This document shows, in pieces, positions 29,063-38,473 of a stretch of DNA of 64,000 nucleotides. Origin of the DNA: an uncultured bacterium (lineage in GTDB: Bacteria; UBP4; UBA4092); NCBI GenBank assembly GCA_963768165.1, contig CAVYHJ010000002.1:128676-192675 (forward strand). Reading direction: 5' to 3'. The notes below the pieces were generated by a model, which ran no database searches, was not told where the DNA came from, and saw nothing but the letters and a program-made list of their open reading frames with translations. Position 1 is the stretch's first letter, and each line of letters starts with the position of its first letter. The position numbers and the translations under genes were made by a program.

Positions 29063-30475
29063 ATGAGAGTTCTTATACTCAATCCCCCGATGCTCAACGG
29101 GGTAATATATATGAAAGAACTGGGACGGTGCGGACGAAAATCCGTAGCGGGTGAGGTGTGGCCGCAAACCGGTTTGGGATATATCGCCGCCGTACTCCGC
29201 AAAGGCGGACATGAGGTCATGTTCATGGATTCCATGGCGATGGGATTTGATGTCGGCCAGTCCATTTACAAGATAGCCGCGTTCAAGCCTGAAATTGCTA
29301 TTTTGCATACCACGACCCCGACTTACAATAATGATGCGAAAGTGTTGGATTTGATTCAGAAACGAACGGGCGCATGTTGCGGATTTGTGGGAACTCATCC
29401 AACCGCGTTACCGGAAGAATCACTCAAGCAATCGTCCGCAGATTTTGTGATTGTCAGTGAAGTAGAAACGACTTTGCTCGATTTGTGTGACAACTTTAAA
29501 GGAGACTGGTCGAAAATCTTGGGACTCGCTTACCGCAAAGACGGAAAAATCTTACGCAATGGGGAGCGCCCTTTATTTCCCAACCTTGATGAATTTCCCT
29601 TTCCCGCACGCGACCTCATGCCCGTGGATAAATATAAAATGCCGTTCTTTGGCGACGAACCATTTATCACGGTAATCCCTTCGCGTGGCTGCCCGTTCCA
29701 ATGCACTTTTTGCCGTGCCGGAATGGTATGGGGTGAGAACGCGCGACACCGTTCCCCCGATAATATCTGTGATGAGATTGAAGAAGTCATTGCCAAATAT
29801 GGCATTCGCAACGTGGTCATGATGAGTGACACGTTGACTTTGAAAATGGATTGGATTGGAGCATTGGCGCAACGAATTATTGACAGAAAGATTAAGATTA
29901 AATGGATTGGCAATTCGCGCGTGGATACGGTTTCGCTGGAGTTGCTGAAAACCATGGGAAAAAGCGGTTGCCAGTTATTGTCCTTCGGGATGGAATCTGG
30001 TAATCAACAAATTTTGGACTCCTCCAAGAAACATATCAATCTCAAGCAGACCGTGCAGGGAATTCAATGGGCGAAACAAGCGGGCATTTTGACCTTTGGA
30101 TATTTTATCGTAGGTTTGCCTGGAGAAACTTGGGATACCATTAAGGAATCCATTGCGTTTGCCAAAGAGGCCGACCCGGATTACGTGAATTTTCATGTGG
30201 CAACACCCTTCCCCGGAACTGAATTGTATGAGATTGCCAAACGCAATAACTGGCTAATTACGGACGACTGGTCGCAGTATGAAGAAGAAGGGTCGGCGGT
30301 TATGCGCACCGAACACCTTTCTCCCGAAGAACTGGTCAAGGCACAGAAAATGGCGATGCGGGCATTTTATTTCCGTCCCGGCAAAGTCATGCAGGAATTG
30401 AAACGCGCTTTCTCCTCTCCCCGGATGTTCAAATCGAAAGTCAAAGCCGCAATACACGTGATGGCAGAGATTTGA
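29063..30475 (+). CDS. B12-binding domain radical SAM protein (class B radical SAM).
   Basis: An N-terminal cobalamin-binding Rossmann-like region and the radical SAM CxxxCxxC motif GCPFQCTFC. The C-terminal tail ...MFKSKVKAAIHVMAEI is duplicated as stubs downstream. Confidence 0.85.
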   Translation: MRVLILNPPMLNGVIYMKELGRCGRKSVAGEVWPQTGLGYIAAVLRKGGHEVMFMDSMAMGFDVGQSIYKIAAFKPEIAILHTTTPTYNNDAKVLDLIQKRTGACCGFVGTHPTALPEESLKQSSADFVIVSEVETTLLDLCDNFKGDWSKILGLAYRKDGKILRNGERPLFPNLDEFPFPARDLMPVDKYKMPFFGDEPFITVIPSRGCPFQCTFCRAGMVWGENARHRSPDNICDEIEEVIAKYGIRNVVMMSDTLTLKMDWIGALAQRIIDRKIKIKWIGNSRVDTVSLELLKTMGKSGCQLLSFGMESGNQQILDSSKKHINLKQTVQGIQWAKQAGILTFGYFIVGLPGETWDTIKESIAFAKEADPDYVNFHVATPFPGTELYEIAKRNNWLITDDWSQYEEEGSAVMRTEHLSPEELVKAQKMAMRAFYFRPGKVMQELKRAFSSPRMFKSKVKAAIHVMAEI

Positions 30476-30483
30476 TTTTCCTG

Positions 30484-30512
30484 TTGACAATCCTCATTTA
30501 GAGAGCTAACAT
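30484..30512 (+). promoter_or_regulatory. Sigma70-like promoter for peptidase paralog 1 (TTGACA, 17-bp spacer, TAACAT).
   Basis: Read from the sequence. Equivalent promoters precede paralogs 2 and 3 at the same relative position after the radical SAM stub. Confidence 0.4.
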
Positions 30513-30515
30513 AAT

Positions 30516-33500
30516 TTGCATTTAAATTTCCGAGGAGCGTGTTTCATATTTAGCAAAAGTTATCTTATCCTAGCAACAGTTCTTTTGTTCTCAACAGTTA
30601 GTTTGGTTTATGCGGGAAGTCCGTTGGACGGCATACAATGTAAACCGCCGGTACATATTGTCCATCGCCCTGTGGGTATTCAACCATTCACCGGTCCTGA
30701 TACAACAGCTCTATCCCCGTCCCAAGTCCGCGCGGCGTATAGCCTGCCTTCCACGGGGGGAAGAGGTACCATTGCGATTATTGATGCCTATGCTGATCCC
30801 AGTATTCAAAATGATTTCAATACATTTAGTTTGCAATATGGGTTACCTACCGCAACAGCCGCCAATTTTGAAATCCATGCGATGAGTACCACCATTGAAA
30901 ATGCTACTACATATGGTTGGAATGGGGAAGAATGCCTGGATACCCAATGGGCTCATGCCATCGCGCCCAATGCCAAAATATTGTTCGTGGAATGCATCAA
31001 TAATGGCACCGATTTATTGGCCGGGGTAATCTATGCCGCAAGCAGGTCGGATGTCGTGGCCATTTCCATGAGTTGGGGTCAGCCGGAATTTTCTGGTGAA
31101 AATATATATGATAGTTATTTTGTTAGTAATTATACTGCCACTTTCTTTGCCGGAACAGGAGACAGTGGAGCAGGCACCATTTGGCCGTCAGTTTCCCCCA
31201 ATGTAACCGCCGTCGGAGGGACGAATCTGTTTTTTAATTCCCTGGGTCAAGTTACCGCGGAAATAGCTTGGAGCGGTAGCGGTGGCGGGTTAAGCCAGTA
31301 TGAACCAGAATCAAGTTATCAAACCGGTTATGGTGTTCCCTCGACGAATGGATTCCGAGCAGTCCCGGATGTCTCTTATAATGGGGGCGGGGATTCTTAT
31401 GTTTCGGTCTATGACAGTTATCAAGAGGGTTGGATCGGCGTCTACGGAACCAGTGCCGGTGGCCCGCAATGGGCGGCTATCCGAGCTTTGGGCGGGAGTA
31501 ATATAAACAATACTTACCTTTATTCGCAAGCATCGTCCCCAGCTACATACGCCGCCGATTTCCGCGATATTACCAGCGGAAGTAACGGAACATGCGGATT
31601 TTATTGCAACGCTACCATTGGATACGACTATGTAACAGGACTAGGCAGTCCGCTGGGTAATGGATTGTTATCCATTGCAACTTCTCCAGTAGCAGGATTT
31701 TATGGTACTCCCACGATTGGGAACGCACCGCTGACAGTTGATTTTACAGATACCTCCGCCAATTATCCTAATTCGTGGAACTGGAGTTTTGGGGATGGGA
31801 GCACTTCCATTTCACAAAATCCATCGCATCTATATATGACAACGACTGAGGCTTTCTATACGGTTCAACTTATTGTGACCAATTCAGTAGGTACCAGCAC
31901 CTCCGCCCGGATAAATTATATTCATGCTTTGCCGCCACTGCCTCCGAGTGCGGGTTTCTATGCCAATCCTACGAATGGAGCAAGTCCGCTGGTTGTGAAT
32001 TTCATGGATACGTCTGCCAACAATCCGACAAATTGGACATGGACTTTTAGTGACGGGAGTACCGATTATTCACAAAATCCCATTCATACCTTTTACGCAT
32101 CCAATTCAACGGTTTATTATAGTGTTGGACTCGCAGTCAGCAGTCCGTATGGGTCAAGCTCCATTGTGCAATCAAATTATATAACGGTAGTGCCTGCGCC
32201 GACGATTGTTGTTCTGCCTACTTTCTTCAATAAGACGGTACAGCAGGGAACGATTACGTATGATTATCTGACCATTCAAAACACGGCAACGAACGGGACA
32301 ACTCTCAACTGGTCTATTTCTGAAAGTGTGACGAGTACTTTTAATAGAGTCGCGCAAAGTGGGAAAGAAAATTCCGTTGTTATTCAACTTCCGCAAAATA
32401 GCAAAGACTCGAATCCCAACCAATATACCGGTCCTCTTATACCGAGTGCCAATCCCGCCGCTTCAGACGGCGGATGGCAATATCAAACGGGATTGAATAA
32501 TGCTCGAAGCCGTGCCGCTGCTGGAACAGTGAATGGAAAAATTTATATTATTGGTGGATGGAGTTATCTCGGATCTACTATAACAAATAGTGTGGAAATG
32601 TTTGATCCCAACACCAAGCTTTGGACAACTAAAGCCAATAAACCCACAGCTGTTGCCAATATCGGATGCGGTGTGATTGGCAATAAAATATATGTTCCCG
32701 CAGGATTTGATTCCACTTTCAACCATTCAAATGTATTGGAGATTTACGATACTCAATTTGATTCATGGACAACCGGTTCACCGGTTCCTGTCGCAGTTTC
32801 CGGCGCGGCGGTTGCGGTTGTGAACAATAAATTATATGTGATGGGTGGCAACACGGAATCCGGTGAAACTAATTCGGTATATGAATATGACCCAGTGGGA
32901 GATAGCTGGTCGCAAATATCTTCCATGAACTATGCCTGCGGATATCTTGGCGCGGCAGTGGTAAACAATGAGATTTATGCGGTGGGCGGTTGGGATAACA
33001 ATAACCTAAATATGGCTTATTGTGAACAATATAATCCAACGAATGGTACTTGGACAATCGAAACACCCATGAACCTTGCGAGGGGAGATTTGGGGGTATG
33101 CTCTGATGGTTACTATATTTATGCCATTGGTGGAGGTGGTATTTGGACGAATTTCACCAGCGTTGTTGAACGATTTGATCCAAATATAGACACCTGGGTG
33201 ATGTCTACTGGTGTCGTACCTTTCTTAAACGTAGCTCGAAATGCGTTGAGTGTAGCTGTGAATAATGGAACGATTTATGCGATTGCTGGCTGGAACGGGA
33301 GTGCTTTAACAACCAATGAAGTATTAAGCGTAGATGTTCTCAATTGGCTGGATGAAAATCCCAATTTCGGTTCCACCAACAACGAAGGTGGATTTAGCCT
33401 TGTGACCGTAACATTTGATGCTACAAACTTACCCGAAGGAAGTACCACAGGTTGGATAGGAATTATTAATAACGACCCGAACAATAACCCTGTGATTATC

Positions 33501-33617
33501 CCTGTGAATCTAACCGTTACCCTGCCTGGAGTTAACGATTGGATGCAATATGCGAGAGATTTGCAAAATACCACTATACAGGTTCGTGTGCCGGAAGAAA
33601 TACGGAAGAACGAGTAG
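30516..33617 (+). CDS. Secreted S53 (sedolisin)/S8-like serine peptidase with two PKD domains, a six-blade Kelch beta-propeller and a conserved C-terminal tail.
   Basis: Sedolisin-like motifs: EE.LD..WAHAIAP.AKI (Glu/Asp) and GTSAGGPQWAAI (Ser). Two PKD repeats (PLTVDFTDTS..WNWSFGDGS). Six Kelch repeats (GKIYIIGGW, NKLYVMGG and similar). The C-terminus reads DWMQYARDLQNTTIQVRVPEEIRKNE. The start codon is uncertain: the track start 30516 is TTG, and the position homologous to the paralog-3 start is ATA 30546, downstream of a GAGGAG RBS. Confidence 0.75.
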   Translation: MHLNFRGACFIFSKSYLILATVLLFSTVSLVYAGSPLDGIQCKPPVHIVHRPVGIQPFTGPDTTALSPSQVRAAYSLPSTGGRGTIAIIDAYADPSIQNDFNTFSLQYGLPTATAANFEIHAMSTTIENATTYGWNGEECLDTQWAHAIAPNAKILFVECINNGTDLLAGVIYAASRSDVVAISMSWGQPEFSGENIYDSYFVSNYTATFFAGTGDSGAGTIWPSVSPNVTAVGGTNLFFNSLGQVTAEIAWSGSGGGLSQYEPESSYQTGYGVPSTNGFRAVPDVSYNGGGDSYVSVYDSYQEGWIGVYGTSAGGPQWAAIRALGGSNINNTYLYSQASSPATYAADFRDITSGSNGTCGFYCNATIGYDYVTGLGSPLGNGLLSIATSPVAGFYGTPTIGNAPLTVDFTDTSANYPNSWNWSFGDGSTSISQNPSHLYMTTTEAFYTVQLIVTNSVGTSTSARINYIHALPPLPPSAGFYANPTNGASPLVVNFMDTSANNPTNWTWTFSDGSTDYSQNPIHTFYASNSTVYYSVGLAVSSPYGSSSIVQSNYITVVPAPTIVVLPTFFNKTVQQGTITYDYLTIQNTATNGTTLNWSISESVTSTFNRVAQSGKENSVVIQLPQNSKDSNPNQYTGPLIPSANPAASDGGWQYQTGLNNARSRAAAGTVNGKIYIIGGWSYLGSTITNSVEMFDPNTKLWTTKANKPTAVANIGCGVIGNKIYVPAGFDSTFNHSNVLEIYDTQFDSWTTGSPVPVAVSGAAVAVVNNKLYVMGGNTESGETNSVYEYDPVGDSWSQISSMNYACGYLGAAVVNNEIYAVGGWDNNNLNMAYCEQYNPTNGTWTIETPMNLARGDLGVCSDGYYIYAIGGGGIWTNFTSVVERFDPNIDTWVMSTGVVPFLNVARNALSVAVNNGTIYAIAGWNGSALTTNEVLSVDVLNWLDENPNFGSTNNEGGFSLVTVTFDATNLPEGSTTGWIGIINNDPNNNPVIIPVNLTVTLPGVNDWMQYARDLQNTTIQVRVPEEIRKNE

Positions 33618-33638
33618 TTAATTGTGTTTGCCGGTTCC

Positions 33639-33693
33639 CCCAAATGCTTAAATCCAAAATCAAAGCCGCGATACATGTCATGGCGGAGATATA
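33639..33693 (+). pseudogene. Stub of the 3' end of the B12-radical SAM gene (encodes MLKSKIKAAIHVMAEI*).
   Basis: About 80% nucleotide identity to 30421-30475. The differences are almost all synonymous. Confidence 0.7.
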
Positions 33694-33704
33694 GTATTTT
33701 TTTG

Positions 33705-33733
33705 TTGACTTGTCCTCAGAAACGACCTACAAT
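33705..33733 (+). promoter_or_regulatory. Sigma70-like promoter for peptidase paralog 2 (TTGACT, 17-bp spacer, TACAAT).
   Basis: Read from the sequence. Confidence 0.5.
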
Positions 33734-33785
33734 TTTATCTAACAAAAACGGATTATTGAAGGGTAAATTTTAAAGAGAGCGAGTT

Positions 33786-35027
33786 ATGCACCCTAGGAAA
33801 TCCATAATTTTAATTGTCTCCCTTTGCGCCATCATAACCATTGTCACACAGAGCGTAGTATCTGCCCAAAGTCCCTCGTCGGGACGTCCGATGTATCCTC
33901 CGATACATTGGGTTGATTTGGGACCGATTCAACCGTTAGCCGTTTCTCCGCCATTCAATCCCGCCACCATTCGTGCGGTGTATCAGTTACCGACGACCGG
34001 CGGGTCGGGAACCATAGCCATTATTGATGCCTATGATGATCCCAGTATCATGCACGATTATTATACTTTTTGTACGACCTTTGGACTGCCGACCGCAACA
34101 TCTTCTAATTTTGAATTGCACAAAATGAGTTCCAATATTACAACGGATAATACCGGCAGTTGGGAAGGTGAAGAAGCACTGGATGTCGAATGGGCGCACG
34201 CCATCGCCCCGGAAGCCAAAATCTTGTTTGTGGAATGCACCTCGAATGATAACAATGATTTATTGGCGGGAGTCACCTATGCCGCTAATAGGTCGGATGT
34301 GGTCGCAATATCCATGAGCTGGGGCGGCGAGGAAATCGCCAGCAATACCACATTGGATTCCTATTTTATCAGTCCTTATGGAGCGACTTTTTTCGCCTCC
34401 TCAGGGGATGATGGAACGGAAGTCCAATGGCCCGCGGTCTCGGTCAATGTGGTTGGTGTCGGCGGGACTCAGTTGAGTATAACGTCCACGACTACAGAAA
34501 TCGCATGGAGTGGGAGCGGCGGAGGGTTAAGTAAATATGAAAAGGAACCCTCTTATCAAACAAGTTATGGGGTTCATTCCACCCAAGGGTTCCGCGCAGT
34601 CCCTGATGTTTCATATAATGCTTCCCCTAATTCTTCTGTTTTAGCCTACAACACGTTTATGTATACAGGATGGGGCGGGGGTTCTGGAACTAGTGCCGGG
34701 TCTCCGCAATGGGCGGCGATTCGGGCATTGGGCGGAAGTAATATCAATCACACGTATCTTTATTCTCAGGCAACATCGCCGACAACCTATGCGAAAGATT
34801 TTCGGGATATTACCTCCGGCTATAATGGTCCAGGAGGGTTTTATGAAACAGCAACGACAGGATACGATTATATCACCGGATTGGGAAGTCCCTTGGGCGG
34901 AGGATTATTACCCTCGGTCGCCGTCGAGGATTGGATGTTTTATTCGGAGGATTTACAAAATACTCCTATGCCGATTCACCTGCCAAAAATCACTACCCAC
35001 CCTGAAGGAATAAAAAAGGATGAGTAA
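33786..35027 (+). CDS. Secreted S53/S8-like serine peptidase, paralog 2 (catalytic domain only), with a conserved C-terminal tail.
   Basis: Signal peptide and the same catalytic motifs (EEALDVEWAHAIAPEAKI, GTSAGSPQWAAI). The C-terminus reads VEDWMFYSEDLQNTPMPIHLPKITTHPEGIKKDE. Confidence 0.75.
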   Translation: MHPRKSIILIVSLCAIITIVTQSVVSAQSPSSGRPMYPPIHWVDLGPIQPLAVSPPFNPATIRAVYQLPTTGGSGTIAIIDAYDDPSIMHDYYTFCTTFGLPTATSSNFELHKMSSNITTDNTGSWEGEEALDVEWAHAIAPEAKILFVECTSNDNNDLLAGVTYAANRSDVVAISMSWGGEEIASNTTLDSYFISPYGATFFASSGDDGTEVQWPAVSVNVVGVGGTQLSITSTTTEIAWSGSGGGLSKYEKEPSYQTSYGVHSTQGFRAVPDVSYNASPNSSVLAYNTFMYTGWGGGSGTSAGSPQWAAIRALGGSNINHTYLYSQATSPTTYAKDFRDITSGYNGPGGFYETATTGYDYITGLGSPLGGGLLPSVAVEDWMFYSEDLQNTPMPIHLPKITTHPEGIKKDE

Positions 35028-35100
35028 GGTAATTGGAAAAAAAATCCAAAGCAATATGAAAAGGAATAAAGGGTAGCCATACTTAGGAAACATCTCATAC

Positions 35101-35252
35101 CCGAAGATTTGGTGAAAGGACAGAAAATAGCGATGCGGGCGTTTTATTTCCGTCCCGGCAAGGTAATGCAGGAACTCAAACGTGCGTTCTCCTCCCCTAA
35201 CATGTTTAAATCCAAAGTCAAAGCCGCCATACACGTGATGGCGGAAATCTAA
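35101..35252 (+). pseudogene. Stub of the 3' end of the B12-radical SAM gene (about 50 codons: ...EDLVKGQKIAMRAFYFRPGKVMQELKRAFSSPNMFKSKVKAAIHVMAEI*).
   Basis: About 85% nucleotide identity to 30325-30475. The amino-acid sequence is nearly identical, with mostly third-position changes. Confidence 0.75.
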
Positions 35253-35260
35253 TTTTTTTG

Positions 35261-35289
35261 TTGCCTAACCCAAGAAAACGTACTATACT
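35261..35289 (+). promoter_or_regulatory. Sigma70-like promoter for peptidase paralog 3 (TTGCCT, 17-bp spacer, TATACT).
   Basis: Read from the sequence. Confidence 0.45.
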
Positions 35290-35298
35290 TTTATAGAG

Positions 35299-36570
35299 TT
35301 GAGATATACGCATGTAAGGATATTTTACCCCAGGAGGGCGATTATTGTGTTTACCAGAAAGTCACTAATCCTACTTACCACGCTATTTCTATCCACGGTA
35401 AATTTGGTTTATGCAGGAAGTTTATTGGATGGCATACAATGTAAACCTCCGGTTCGTATTATAACGGGTATTCAACCTGATGTTGTGAACTATTTTGCAG
35501 CCCCGGCGGACATCCGTAATATCTATGGTCTGCCCTCCACAGGAGGGACGGGAACCATTGCGATTATTGATGCCTATGATGATCCCAGTATTCAAAATGA
35601 TTTCAATACCTTTAGTCTACAATACGGGTTGCCTACCGCTACGGCCACGAATTTTGAAATCCATAAAATGGGTACACCTATTGCGCTTGCGACTAATGGC
35701 AACTGGAATGTAGAAGAAGATCTGGACGTTGAATGGGCTCATGCTATCGCACCCAATGCCAAAATACTATTTATTGAAGCCACATCCGCTAACGGGAATG
35801 ATTTATTAGCGGGAGTTACGTATGCCGCCAGTAGGTCGGATGTAGTGGCTGTTTCCATGAGTTGGGGTTCTCCAGAATTTGCTGGTGAAAACACTTACGA
35901 TACCAGTTTTATCAGTCCCTATGGCGCCAATTTCTTTGTCTCCTCAGGAGACGACGGTACTGAAGTTCAATGGCCGGCAGTTTCCGTCAATGTCACCGCC
36001 GTTGGAGGGACTTCAGTGACTCTTACTGGTGGAGGTTCCTTTGTTTCGGAAACCGCCTGGAGTGGAAGTGGCGGTGGGTTAAGCCAGTATGAAACGGAAC
36101 CAAGTTATCAAACCACTTACGGGATTCCTTCATCTCTTGGATTTCGTGGGGTTCCAGATGTCTCGTATAATGCAGATGGTAATAACACCGCTTTTATTGT
36201 TTTTATTAGTTTAGGATATACACCAGGGTATTATGGAGTCGGCGGAACCAGTGCCGGTACGCCGCAATGGGCAGCTATCCGAGCTTTGGGCGGAAGTAAG
36301 ATAAACAATACCTATCTTTATTCGCAAGCATCGTCTCTATCCACCTACACCACTGATTTCCGCGATATCACCACAGGAACCAATAGTGGGACTCACGGAT
36401 TTTATACCAAGGCCACTGTTGGATATGATTATGTTACAGGATTAGGCAGTCCTTTGGGCAAGGGATTATTACCCTCGGTCGCCGTCGAGGATTGGATGTT
36501 TTATTCCACGGAATCACACAATACTCCCCTATGGTTTGGTCAACCCAAAGAAATTCGGAAAAGCGAATAA
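35299..36570 (+). CDS. Secreted S53/S8-like serine peptidase, paralog 3 (catalytic domain only), with a conserved C-terminal tail.
   Basis: Same catalytic motifs. The likely true start is GTG at 35347, preceded by a CAGGAGGG RBS, giving the signal peptide (M)FTRKSLILLTTLFLSTVNLVYA. The C-terminus reads VEDWMFYSTESHNTPLWFGQPKEIRKSE. Confidence 0.75.
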   Translation: MRYTHVRIFYPRRAIIVFTRKSLILLTTLFLSTVNLVYAGSLLDGIQCKPPVRIITGIQPDVVNYFAAPADIRNIYGLPSTGGTGTIAIIDAYDDPSIQNDFNTFSLQYGLPTATATNFEIHKMGTPIALATNGNWNVEEDLDVEWAHAIAPNAKILFIEATSANGNDLLAGVTYAASRSDVVAVSMSWGSPEFAGENTYDTSFISPYGANFFVSSGDDGTEVQWPAVSVNVTAVGGTSVTLTGGGSFVSETAWSGSGGGLSQYETEPSYQTTYGIPSSLGFRGVPDVSYNADGNNTAFIVFISLGYTPGYYGVGGTSAGTPQWAAIRALGGSKINNTYLYSQASSLSTYTTDFRDITTGTNSGTHGFYTKATVGYDYVTGLGSPLGKGLLPSVAVEDWMFYSTESHNTPLWFGQPKEIRKSE

Positions 36571-36709
36571 GACAAGAATTAATTCTGATTTTTTAATTAA
36601 ATCCTTTCAAAGAACTCAACTTCCTTTCAAAAGACAGGCAATTCTCTGCTAGTTTTGCATGATGGAACTAATTTTGGAAACCGTGCGTCCTATATATTAA
36701 AGGAGAACA

Positions 36710-38473
36710 TTGGCTATGAAATATGCAAATGGAACCCGAAACGTTTTCTCGACCCAATTTGGTGGGATGCTCTGCTCTATACTATTAATAGTATTCTTAG
36801 GATATGTATTTCGACCTACAATTGCGATAGGACAGGTACAAAATCAAACAGTAACATCCAATAATAACAATGAAAAGCATCCAGAACCAGCACCACGTTC
36901 TGAACCCGCCCCGCGCCAAGAGCCTGCCCCACGCCAAGAAACTCTACCGCGAGAAATACAGAATCCCAGACCTATTACACAACCTTACCCTTATATTCCT
37001 CCTGAACTCAGCCGTGAACCGGAACCAATACAGGTGCCTATCCAAATTCAACCCGAACGACCTATTAATCCGGTTCAACCTCAACCACGACGGCCTTTAC
37101 CGAATCCACCCGTACAACCGACACCTACTCCTAGAAATCCAACCCGACCGGTAATCCCCCCCTTACCTAGAAGAACTGGTATAGTAGTGAATCCAGGTTA
37201 CTTTTGGGATTACAATGCAAACGACTATGGTACGCCTGTACCGGAACCATATCCGGTACCCGAACCTTACCCGGTTCCTGAAGAAATACCTGTACCTTAT
37301 CCGGTACCCACAGATGGTTCCTATCCTGTACAGCAAGATCAATCACAGCCGCCCGCCGAAGATATGGGTACGCCAGATTATGATTATGTACCACCTGCCA
37401 ACACACCCGAAATTACCAGTATGCAACCTACGATACCGAAAACTTTTCAATCTCTTGTGGAAGGGAGCATAGCGGAGTTCCGGACGGCGGGATTACGCGG
37501 AACGGAACCTCTTTACGGTTCTTTGGCATACTATCTTCTGCCGGATAAGCAACCTATTGCCGGGTGGCAGATTGTTGTGAGAGATTTTGCATTCGACATT
37601 CCTGCCAGTACACCGTTGGGTCTGGTACATATTGGAGCACGAGCCCCAGTAACCTTTACGGTAAATTACGACCGGAGTACTGCGGTTGCTAAAACTGTTT
37701 TATTGCGGGTCTACGTACCGTTATATCGGAAGTCTTATGATGTTGTTGGCAAAGCCAGTCTCTATGGTTCGGGATATCCTTACCCACTATTTAAAATGGG
37801 TTTCACGCTCGAACCCAACCTTGCCAGTATCTCGAAACAATACCATATCCATTTGTCTGGAAAATTCGACCAGTTCCCAATTGAATTAAGCGATATGACC
37901 ACTCTCATCCAACAGTTGGACGATGCGGATTCCGATGTTCGTGAGACTGCCATGTCTCAATTAATCAATATTGGACGTCCGGCGGTACCCGCACTCATGA
38001 ATGCGTTAAAAAATCCGGAGACAGAGGCCCGCAGAGACAGGCTGCAAGAAATTATCAACCAATTAACGGGCGTCAAACCACTAAGTGCAAAATGGGTCGG
38101 CGGAAATCGAGGAAGTTATATATTTAATTACAATGTCGAAGTGCCTGAAATCGATAGTCCTTGGAGTACCCAGATATACGGTCTGCATTTTATTGTCGGT
38201 ACAGACGACATTTCTTTGATTGATCAAACTCACAATAAAATTACTACGTCCCTGCCTGCCGGTTGGACTGGTAAATATGACCCTGACCAGGGAGAAATCA
38301 TTTTCTCGTCCAATAAAACCCCCTTGGTTCCAGGCACAGCGTACTCTATCAAAATTCGCACGGAACCCATTAACAAACAAAATCCCGGTCTTATGGGTTG
38401 GTACTATACCGATAAAGAAGGCAAAAAAATTGGAGACGCACAAGTAGCCCCCGGACCTGTCTTTTTAAAATAA
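36710..38473 (+). CDS. Secreted proline-rich protein with a HEAT/PBS-lyase-like repeat region.
   Basis: Signal/TM segment, tandem EPAPRQ and PEPYPVP low-complexity repeats, and a HEAT-like segment (DDADSDVRETAMSQLINIGRPAVPALMNALKNPE). Confidence 0.45.
   Translation: MAMKYANGTRNVFSTQFGGMLCSILLIVFLGYVFRPTIAIGQVQNQTVTSNNNNEKHPEPAPRSEPAPRQEPAPRQETLPREIQNPRPITQPYPYIPPELSREPEPIQVPIQIQPERPINPVQPQPRRPLPNPPVQPTPTPRNPTRPVIPPLPRRTGIVVNPGYFWDYNANDYGTPVPEPYPVPEPYPVPEEIPVPYPVPTDGSYPVQQDQSQPPAEDMGTPDYDYVPPANTPEITSMQPTIPKTFQSLVEGSIAEFRTAGLRGTEPLYGSLAYYLLPDKQPIAGWQIVVRDFAFDIPASTPLGLVHIGARAPVTFTVNYDRSTAVAKTVLLRVYVPLYRKSYDVVGKASLYGSGYPYPLFKMGFTLEPNLASISKQYHIHLSGKFDQFPIELSDMTTLIQQLDDADSDVRETAMSQLINIGRPAVPALMNALKNPETEARRDRLQEIINQLTGVKPLSAKWVGGNRGSYIFNYNVEVPEIDSPWSTQIYGLHFIVGTDDISLIDQTHNKITTSLPAGWTGKYDPDQGEIIFSSNKTPLVPGTAYSIKIRTEPINKQNPGLMGWYYTDKEGKKIGDAQVAPGPVFLK

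Noticed and set aside
30254-35234. Minus-strand ORFs (30254..30490, 33275..33676, 34953..35234) sharing GFDF.F.H ... AGTEIK.PHR motifs, as if a conserved small protein family.
   Set aside because: They are the antisense reading of the radical SAM 3' end and its two duplicated stubs. The sense frame shows synonymous-only divergence, so the sense peptide is the conserved one and these are shadow ORFs.
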